NCBI GenBank assembly: GCA_048885925.1
Contig: JBHLLG010000042.1
Coordinates: 1-23,605 of the forward strand
Direction: 5' to 3'
DNA length: 23,605 nt
Source: Candidatus Hermodarchaeota archaeon
GTDB taxonomy: Archaea > Asgardarchaeota > Lokiarchaeia > Sigyniarchaeales > SOKP01
This document shows, piece after piece, positions 1 through 7,045 of the stretch. The stretch's first letter is position 1; each line of letters starts with the position of its first letter. A program made the position numbers and the translations under genes. Under the pieces are notes generated by a model. The model made no database searches. It was given only the letters and a program-made list of their open reading frames with translations, and was not told where the DNA came from.

Positions 1-119
1 AGATGATTGATAAAATTCCAGAAAAAGATCGTTCAAATATCAAAAAAATTAATGAAAGTTTAAGAGCTAAAATAAAAGCGTTATATAAGGAAATAAGAAT
101 ATCGATTAAGCAAAAATGA
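1..119 (+). CDS. 3' end of a gene entering from the left edge (hypothetical, helical C-terminus)
   Basis: Frame 3 is open from the edge to TGA at 117-119 (..MIDKIPEKDRSNIKKINESLRAKIKALYKEIRISIKQK*); no recognisable motif. Confidence 0.55.
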   Translation, partial: MIDKIPEKDRSNIKKINESLRAKIKALYKEIRISIKQK

Positions 120-203
120 AAAGTCAATTAAAGGGTTAACTTAGTTTGAAGTCACTTTTATTTAGAACAAAGAGAAGGAATGGATAAAATACTCAGAGTT
201 TTA

Positions 204-698
204 TTATATTTTCTTTCCACATTCTTCACAATATTTAATAGTTTCTACATTTTTTAATTCGGAACCACAATTAGAACAAAAATTAGGTTTTTTAGGTAAA
301 GGAGAATCTTTTTTTATTATTTCAAAATCAAATGATTCTATTTCTTTTGGAGTATGATCAAGTTCGATGTTACAATTCTCACAGAATCTTGTATTAGTTC
401 GTATATATTTTCCACATGAAATACATCTAAACCACAATTTAAGTCCACAGTTTCTACAAAAATCACCATATTTAGTTGTTGGAGCATTACAACGTGGGCA
501 AATTTTTTCTTCTGTCCAAAAATAATGAGACATCAGCTGGAATAAAATAATTAAAAATATTGATATAGGAAGTAGAATCCACCAAAATGGATGGATTAAT
601 AAAGATAAGATAAAGGACAGTGATGTAATTAAAATAAAGATTAGAATCCAAATACCGTAATAACTTCTTTTCCTTATATTTCCAATAGTAATACTCAC
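204..698 (-). CDS. Membrane-anchored multi-zinc-ribbon (double zinc ribbon-like) protein
   Basis: Two N-terminal hydrophobic segments, then six CxxC motifs (CPRC/CRNC, CISC/CENC, CSNC/CEEC) giving three zinc ribbons; GTG start. Confidence 0.85.
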   Translation of the reverse strand: MSITIGNIRKRSYYGIWILIFILITSLSFILSLLIHPFWWILLPISIFLIILFQLMSHYFWTEEKICPRCNAPTTKYGDFCRNCGLKLWFRCISCGKYIRTNTRFCENCNIELDHTPKEIESFDFEIIKKDSPLPKKPNFCSNCGSELKNVETIKYCEECGKKI

Positions 699-775
699 AG
701 AATTACCATTATTTTTTAAATTAATTTGTGTAAATCATAATTTTTCTTTAATTTTAAGGTATTTGGATGCATTAG

Positions 776-934
776 TTATTTAACAGGTGTTCTACAATAT
801 GGGCAAATTTCTGTATCACTATCTATGTGTTCGCCACACGCAAAACAAACTATTTTATTATCTCCATATAGAATCTTTTCTTCTTCTTTGTTAAGATTTT
901 TACTCTTTAATTCAAATCTTTTTTTCTCAGACAT
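776..934 (-). CDS. Small zinc-ribbon protein, 52 aa (not in ORF track)
   Basis: Manual translation MSEKKRFELKSKNLNKEEEKILYGDNKIVCFACGEHIDSDTEICPYCRTPVK*; CxxC-x10-CxxC; co-oriented upstream of the 204-698 gene. Confidence 0.8.
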   Translation of the reverse strand: MSEKKRFELKSKNLNKEEEKILYGDNKIVCFACGEHIDSDTEICPYCRTPVK

Positions 935-994
935 AATTTAATTTAAATTAGAATCAAGTTTAATTAAATAAATTACTTGAAAATTAAATAAAAA

Positions 995-1042
995 ATTGGA
1001 GTCCAATATTTAAGCTCAGTAAAAAAAATTGGAATTCCAATT
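995..1042. promoter_or_regulatory. Two related palindromes in a divergent intergenic region
   Basis: ATTGGA-G-TCCAAT (995-1007) and AATTGGAATTCCAATT (1027-1042); each is followed by a T-run on the minus strand. Confidence 0.45.
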
Positions 1043-1151
1043 AATTTTACTCCCTATATCTTTAAGTCTTTTAAAAGATAATAAAATTTAAGAGTTTGAA
1101 ATTATTTATTTATTCATAAGATAATTATAAAATAGTGAAGACAAAAAGAAA

Positions 1152-1358
1152 ATGCCTGGCTCTCATGGTTCCCTAACAAAAGCAGGAAAAGTTAAAATGC
1201 AAACTCCAAAAATTGAGCGAACAGGAGTCAATTCAACAAGGAAAAAATCTCCAAGAATGCGATTTCGTGAGTTGTATATCGAAAGATATGTTAATAGTCG
1301 ATTTGGAGGCCAAAAGGATAGTCTTGGAGCTAAAAGATCTCAATTTTCAAGAAAATAA
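1152..1358 (+). CDS. rps30e: 30S ribosomal protein S30e (eS30)
   Basis: Signature HGSLTKAGKVKMQTPK; small and basic; no ubiquitin-like fusion. Confidence 0.95.
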   Translation: MPGSHGSLTKAGKVKMQTPKIERTGVNSTRKKSPRMRFRELYIERYVNSRFGGQKDSLGAKRSQFSRK

Positions 1359-1359
1359 A

Positions 1360-1367
1360 TTTTTTTT
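1360..1367 (+). terminator. Oligo-T archaeal terminator after rps30e
   Basis: T8 run immediately after the stop, in the short gap to the convergent gene. Confidence 0.5.
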
Positions 1368-1370
1368 ATT

Positions 1371-3260
1371 TTACATGCTTAATCCAATTGTTTGAAGTTG
1401 TGTTTTTAACTTTTGACTTTGTTTTAAATAAAAGTGAGATTTATCACGATCAAGACCAAAAATATTGTAATAATCACTCATTAATAAATTCCAACGAATT
1501 GCTCTTTTCATATTACTGATTTCTCTTAATCTTATTTGATTTTCCAGATTATTTAATAGATAAAACGCTTTCTTTGCATCTTTCCTATGATGAATATAGA
1601 ATTCAGATAATTCAAGAATTATATCAATTTGAAGTTTGAGGATATCCTCATCTTCAAAATTTAGACTTATTAGATCAAACCCTGCCTTTAAAAATTTTTG
1701 TGTGAGGAATAAATTTCCTTGTTTCTTAAAATCAATGGCTCGATGGAGAAAATATCTCAACTTTATTGGTACATAATTATTTCCAATTTCTATAGTGTTC
1801 TTGAAACAGGCTTTAGCTTCTACAATTTTTTTTTGTTCTAGATAAATAAATCCAAGATAAAGATAGGATAAACCCAGAAATTTTTCCTTATTAATTGAAA
1901 TTTCTTCATTTTTTAAAAAATTGATTATTATATTAAAATGATCTAAAGCATTCTGAAATTCTTTTTTTTCAAAATATGAAATTCCTAATTTATAATGTAT
2001 TTTTATTATATATTTAACTGGAATTTGACCAGATTTAGCTACCCCTAAAGCATTTTGCAAATAATTTAGAGCAGTATCCTCTTGATTTAATAATTTTGCA
2101 ATTTTTCTTAATTTAAGCAAGATTGATACAACAATTTTTCTTTGTTGATTCTTATTAAAAACAATTAATGCCTCTTTTAATGTATTAACAGCTTCTTCAA
2201 ACCTATAATTTTTCATCAATTCTTCTGCCTTAATATACTGATTAATAGAGTCTATTTCATCAAAAGTAGTTGGAGGCTTATTGAATAAATCATTATGAAT
2301 ATTAAATAATTCTTTTGTAATTGAACTTTCATAACTCAATGCTGAAAGAGGGAAATTATTTTGATCTTCTATGAAATTCTTGGTTTTGTAGATAAGTTCT
2401 TTAGATGGACGAAAATTAATAAATTCTGTTTGCTTTAATTTTGCTGATTTTGTGATTTCTATAACAGAATCAAAAATCAACCGAGAAAATTTAATCCAAT
2501 TTTCAAGATAATTTTCAAGTTTAAACTCTGGAATCTCTTTAAATAAAATGTTTAAAATCCAGGGGGTATAACTATCAAAGAAAGTTCTGATGTAAAATTT
2601 ATCATATTCTATATCTTTGAAATAGGTAAAATAACCTTTCTCTAAAATAAAAAATTCCTCAAAATCTCCATTATTGGAAAATAATAGGGTTTCGGAGGTT
2701 CTAATTTTAGGAATACCATATTTCAATTCCCAAGGTATTTTAAAACTAGGTATTAAACCTACATTTTTTAGAGATTTTACAATATTGAAATGTGTTGAAG
2801 GTGAAAATCCCTCCAATTTATCTCTTTTATTCATCAAGGATATTCTTAAACGATTTAACCATATATTTTCATTTTCGTTTTTGAATAAATCTGGAATTAC
2901 TAAATTTAATATATCACTAAGTTGCTGCTTTTTTCCTTCTAAGGGAAATTCATGTTCTATAGTTAATGAAATAACTAAATTCCTGATAGCTTTCATTAAA
3001 TAAAGGATAATGTTATATATATTCTGGTCTAAGTTCCAAAATTGAAAAGCAACTGAAAGTCGAAAATTAACAACTTCAAAAGGTATATTTATTCGTATTG
3101 GTAAAGTTACCGGAAATTTTATCGAAAATAGAACTAATTTCTCTTTCTTTAAACTGTATCGAAAATAGTTTTCAACATAACCTTCTATTTTCCATCCATT
3201 CTTTTCAATAAATTCTCTTAAATTATTTATTTCAATTTCAGAAAATGGATTAATTGACAT
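1371..3260 (-). CDS. Tetratricopeptide-repeat protein with unknown N-terminal domain
   Basis: C-terminal half has TPR-like units (e.g. IHYKLGISYFEKKEFQNALDHFN, SYLYLGFIYLEQKKIVEAKACFK); N-terminal ~330 aa not recognised. Confidence 0.8.
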   Translation of the reverse strand: MSINPFSEIEINNLREFIEKNGWKIEGYVENYFRYSLKKEKLVLFSIKFPVTLPIRINIPFEVVNFRLSVAFQFWNLDQNIYNIILYLMKAIRNLVISLTIEHEFPLEGKKQQLSDILNLVIPDLFKNENENIWLNRLRISLMNKRDKLEGFSPSTHFNIVKSLKNVGLIPSFKIPWELKYGIPKIRTSETLLFSNNGDFEEFFILEKGYFTYFKDIEYDKFYIRTFFDSYTPWILNILFKEIPEFKLENYLENWIKFSRLIFDSVIEITKSAKLKQTEFINFRPSKELIYKTKNFIEDQNNFPLSALSYESSITKELFNIHNDLFNKPPTTFDEIDSINQYIKAEELMKNYRFEEAVNTLKEALIVFNKNQQRKIVVSILLKLRKIAKLLNQEDTALNYLQNALGVAKSGQIPVKYIIKIHYKLGISYFEKKEFQNALDHFNIIINFLKNEEISINKEKFLGLSYLYLGFIYLEQKKIVEAKACFKNTIEIGNNYVPIKLRYFLHRAIDFKKQGNLFLTQKFLKAGFDLISLNFEDEDILKLQIDIILELSEFYIHHRKDAKKAFYLLNNLENQIRLREISNMKRAIRWNLLMSDYYNIFGLDRDKSHFYLKQSQKLKTQLQTIGLSM

Positions 3261-3427
3261 ATCCCAATAACTCTTAAATAATTAGCATTTTCAGAGAATT
3301 TACCAATTCTTATATAACTTATAGTGAATTTAAATATTAAATTTTGTATCAAGGTTCGGATAAAGATTTAATAGTCTGTATTTATTTGTAAAAATTGTAG
3401 TTTTAAGAAGATATAAGAGATTCCATT

Positions 3428-4117
3428 ATGGACATTCTACGATTTAACAAAGAACTAGGAACTAAAATTGCAAAAGCAAAAGGATTTGAAAAAAATGGTA
3501 ATATTAAAGCTGCAATACGGGTATGGTTAGAAGTATCTGAAATGGCACTTAATTTTTCAAAATCTCGTAATATTGAGCCATCATTTAAAAACATGATACT
3601 TAATAGAACCAAAGGGATTTTTGAACATATAAAAAATTTAAAATCAGGAAATATAGATGAAGAGGAATATCAAAAAGTCTTAGAAGCTCCAAATGATGCT
3701 TCCCAAATTGAAAATTCCTTTGAAGAGATGCAAAATGATAAATCTTCTTTAGAAAATGAAGCAAATAATGAAAAATTCGTTCTAAAATCAAAATCCAAGG
3801 GTAACGGAAAAAATATTGATGATGCTGAATTAAAAGGATTACCTAATGGATTTAAAGAAATAAAAGCTTCGAAAGATTTCAATATAGTAACTCCTCATGA
3901 TAAAAATTTTGTAAAAAAACATTTTAACAAAATGGAAGAAAGCGAGATTTTTAAGTCTAAAAAACAAGAAAATATAAATGAAAATTTTCGCCCACAAGAG
4001 AGATATAATTTTGAAGAACCCGAAGATAGTAAAGCTTTGATTTGTTTTGCATGCGGTTATGATAAAAATTTGGTAACAGATAAAATTTGTAAAAATTGTG
4101 GTACGCCATTAAATTAA
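3428..4117 (+). CDS. MIT-like domain + charged linker + C-terminal zinc ribbon protein
   Basis: aa 1-72 follow the MIT three-helix pattern (AKAKGFEKNGNIKAAIRVWLEVSE...ILNRTKGIFEHIKNLK); low-complexity E/K/N linker; C-terminal CFACG...CKNCG. Confidence 0.7.
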   Translation: MDILRFNKELGTKIAKAKGFEKNGNIKAAIRVWLEVSEMALNFSKSRNIEPSFKNMILNRTKGIFEHIKNLKSGNIDEEEYQKVLEAPNDASQIENSFEEMQNDKSSLENEANNEKFVLKSKSKGNGKNIDDAELKGLPNGFKEIKASKDFNIVTPHDKNFVKKHFNKMEESEIFKSKKQENINENFRPQERYNFEEPEDSKALICFACGYDKNLVTDKICKNCGTPLN

Positions 4118-4191
4118 ATATTTTAAACCTAATTTATTTCTTCAAATTCTTGCTTATTAAAATATTTCAATCATAACTAATAATTTTGGGA

Positions 4192-4752
4192 CTAGGATGA
4201 GTATTTAAAATTTCTCGAGTATTGAATTTTATTGAATTTTTTAATCGCACGAGCTCGCCAAATAGTATTCCATTTTTTGAAGCCTGATTTAACAAATCTT
4301 TCTCTTTTATAGAAATCATAGCAAATCCAATTAAAAAGCACAAAGAACCTTTTTGCTCCACTTTTTTTTGTTAAATTCTTGGATTTTACATTTAAATCGT
4401 TTCGAAGGTGTTCAAGTAATTTTCCCTCAATAAAATCTTGTAACCTACCTTCGATCATTGCATTTTCATAATTAATTCCTTTTTCAATAAAATATGCTCT
4501 TACATCATCAAAGATATTACCTCTACAAAGATGAATAATTTCGCTATCTGACTGAAAATTTAATTCCTTTAATCCTTCTTTAACTAATTCTACTGTTTTT
4601 TCAAGCGGTTTTTTATTTTTCCAATTTTCCCCTTGAAATAGCGCTACATCTAATCTTCGATATGCTAGTTCACCTGTTTCTTTTCTAAAGAACCCAATAA
4701 ATGCATCTCCTACAAGATCTCCTGTTCCTGCGTCATCTATTTCTATTGTCAT
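4192..4752 (-). CDS. Conserved hypothetical protein, probable RNase H-like fold
   Basis: N-terminus IEIDDAGTGDLVGDAFIG resembles RNase HII GIDEAGRG-x3-G; remainder divergent. Confidence 0.6.
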   Translation of the reverse strand: MTIEIDDAGTGDLVGDAFIGFFRKETGELAYRRLDVALFQGENWKNKKPLEKTVELVKEGLKELNFQSDSEIIHLCRGNIFDDVRAYFIEKGINYENAMIEGRLQDFIEGKLLEHLRNDLNVKSKNLTKKSGAKRFFVLFNWICYDFYKRERFVKSGFKKWNTIWRARAIKKFNKIQYSRNFKYSS

Positions 4753-4898
4753 TTTTATTTTTTTATTCCTAAGTATATAATGTAAAAGATTTTAAACATT
4801 TCAAATTTTTTAAAGTTCAATATAAAAAAAAGTTAAATAGAACACTATTAATTCATACAAAGCAAAATACTTTCTTATAATTACAAAATATTGATATT

Positions 4899-5693
4899 AT
4901 GGATATAGAACTATTAATGATTGGAAATGAAATTCTTATTGGAAAAACTCAGGATACAAATTCTAATTGGATGGCAAAAAGAATTACAAAATATGGGCAT
5001 AAAGTTAAGAGAATAACTATCATTGGAGATGAATTAGATATAATATCAAGAACCTTACAGGACATCTTAAAGCGTAAACCAGAAATTATTATCACCTCAG
5101 GAGGTATAGGCCCTACTTTTGATGATATGACTTTGGAAGGGATTGCTATTAGTTTAGACCGAAAGCTAGAGTTAAATAAACATGCTTATAATTCTATTAA
5201 AAAAGCTTATGAAAAAGCTCATAAAAAAGGATTATTACAACTTGAAGGTATGACTAAAGAGAGAGAGAAGATGGCTTATCTTCCACAAGATTCTATTCCA
5301 TTACCGAATACGGTTGGTACAGCTCCTGGTGTAAAAATTAAGGAAGGAAATACAACAATTTTTATATTACCAGGAGTACCTGCTGAAATGAAGGCTATGT
5401 TTAGAAATATAATTATGCCCGTTTTAAGGGAAAACCAAGGAAATTTCATTATGAAAGGATTTCTTTTTTCAGGCATCGGAGAAAGTCAGATAGCGGCATA
5501 TACAATTGAATTAGAAAAGAAATATCCACAATTATGGATTAAAACGCACCCGAAGATTGGTTTGTCCGTTGAGGTGGAGGTTTCTATAACTGCTTTTAAT
5601 GTTGAAAATGGGGAACAATTGGTTGATAATGCATTAAATGAAATCAGAGAAATTGTTATACAACTCAATGGAAAAATAAAAGAGATTAAATAA
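4899..5693 (+). CDS. CinA-like molybdopterin-binding domain protein (COG1058-type pyrophosphatase)
   Basis: IGNEILIGKTQDTNS, SGGIGPTFDDMT, NTVGTAPG, LPGVPAEM, GIGES motifs; no PncC C-terminal domain. Confidence 0.9.
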   Translation: MDIELLMIGNEILIGKTQDTNSNWMAKRITKYGHKVKRITIIGDELDIISRTLQDILKRKPEIIITSGGIGPTFDDMTLEGIAISLDRKLELNKHAYNSIKKAYEKAHKKGLLQLEGMTKEREKMAYLPQDSIPLPNTVGTAPGVKIKEGNTTIFILPGVPAEMKAMFRNIIMPVLRENQGNFIMKGFLFSGIGESQIAAYTIELEKKYPQLWIKTHPKIGLSVEVEVSITAFNVENGEQLVDNALNEIREIVIQLNGKIKEIK

Positions 5694-5703
5694 TATAATT
5701 TTT

Positions 5704-5774
5704 GATGCCACTTCACAAGTGGAATTCTCAATAAGCCCCCACATGATTGTGTTTTAACTTATATCATCAACATC
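5704..5774 (-). promoter_or_regulatory. Eukaryote-type SECIS element in the selD 3' UTR
   Basis: Minus strand: AUGAU (5767-5763), helix AUAAGUU/GGCUUAU, unpaired AAAA (5755-5752), mini-stem CACA-AUCA-UGUG, 3' UGAG (5730-5727); basal GAUG/CAUC pairing. Confidence 0.8.
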
Positions 5775-5775
5775 T

Positions 5776-6801
5776 TTATAAATCAATAATTTCAATATTT
5801 TGAGCATTTTTAGCGACTCTAACTAAGCCTGGCTGTATCTTATCTATTGAACCTATGATCCAATTGGTTATATTATTACTCGAAAGAGTATTCGTAAACT
5901 CCTCTACTTTAGTAGGATCAACGGAAAGGAGCATTCCTCCTGCTGTTTCATGGCAATAGCAATCATCAAAAGCATATCCTAGCTCGTGGGATATCTCCTT
6001 AGAATACTTAATCGAAGGAATCGTATCAATTACCGCAGACAAATCAGAATTTTGAAGCATTTCAGCAGTATGACCTGCTAAACCAAATCCAGATACATCA
6101 CTTAATGCGTGAATAAATGAAAAATCATTGTATGAATGAATTATTTTTATTACATCTTGATTTGGTGTTGTCATTATTTTTACGGCGAGATCTATAGATT
6201 TTTGGAGTTCTTTTTTAGAATAATGTTCAAGCATTTCTGGAAAATCTTTAAGAAGTCTATATGATGCCATAATTGCTTGTAATCCTATTGGTTTAGTTAA
6301 TACTAATTTATCTTCTTTCTTTACACCTTGTTTTTGAATAATAGCATCTTTATGTACATATCCAGAAGCCTCTCCACCTATTAATGGCCACTCACTATAA
6401 ATGGTGTGCCCACCAACGACTCTAGAATGTATCTTTTCCTCCATGAAATATTTTATTCCCCTTAAAATCCCTTCGGCTACTTCCAAAGGAGTTCTCGTGC
6501 TTATTGCGAGAAAAATAAGCATTCCAGAGATTTCTGGTACATTCATAGCAAAAATATCATTTGTTACGTTACATGCGGCAATTTCACCTGCAATTTCGGG
6601 CTCATCAATTATAGGAGTAAAAATATCAATATTTTTAACAAGAACTAAATCGCTGTCTGGAATTGGTAAAATTGCAGCATCCTCAATCTTCCCAGCTAAT
6701 CCAACTTTGGCTAATAGAGTATTTAAATCGTTTTGTCCAAGCTTACAGCTTCATCCATGTATTTTTACATCTTTGGTCAACCTATATTCTGATTCTTCCA
6801 T
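5776..6801 (-). CDS. selD: Selenide, water dikinase (selenophosphate synthetase), selenoprotein with Sec17; 341 aa
   Basis: ATG at 6801 with GAGGTG SD; MEESEYRLTKDVKIHG-U-SCKLGQ with in-frame TGA at 6753-6751; then EDAA, IDIFTPI, NDIFAM, LTKPIG, DVSGFGLAGH, ETAGGML; in frame with track ORF 5776..6546. Confidence 0.95.
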
Positions 6802-6804
6802 TTT

Positions 6805-6810
6805 CACCTC
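6805..6810 (-). promoter_or_regulatory. Shine-Dalgarno site of selD
   Basis: GAGGTG followed by AAA then ATG on the minus strand. Confidence 0.75.
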
Positions 6811-6968
6811 ACGATTTAATCTTATTCTCATATATTAAAATTTAAGTATATAATAAAATATAATTATCTTTTAATTAGTTACATGTAAATTAATTCTTAA
6901 TCTAAAAATTAAAATATTAAAATCCATTTTTGTACAATTCAAGTAATTTGTATTATTAATTAATCTTT

Positions 6969-6997
6969 TCGATATTTCTTATCGATTGTTTCGATAA
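6969..6997. promoter_or_regulatory. Triple TCGATA half-site array (putative operator) upstream of selD
   Basis: TCGATA-N5-TATCGA (6969-6985) overlapping TTATCGA-N5-TCGATAA (6979-6997). Confidence 0.45.
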
Positions 6998-7045
6998 ATA
7001 AAAAAATTGATATAGTAAGAGCCCATTTTAAAAATTGGAGTAGTT

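Noticed and set aside
6751-6753. selD as a pseudogene with a premature stop
   Set aside because: The UGA falls exactly on the catalytic Sec position, the frame is otherwise intact, and a SECIS-like element follows
6401-6845. Plus-strand ORFs 6401..6838 and 6663..6845
   Set aside because: Antisense shadows of the true 5' part of selD
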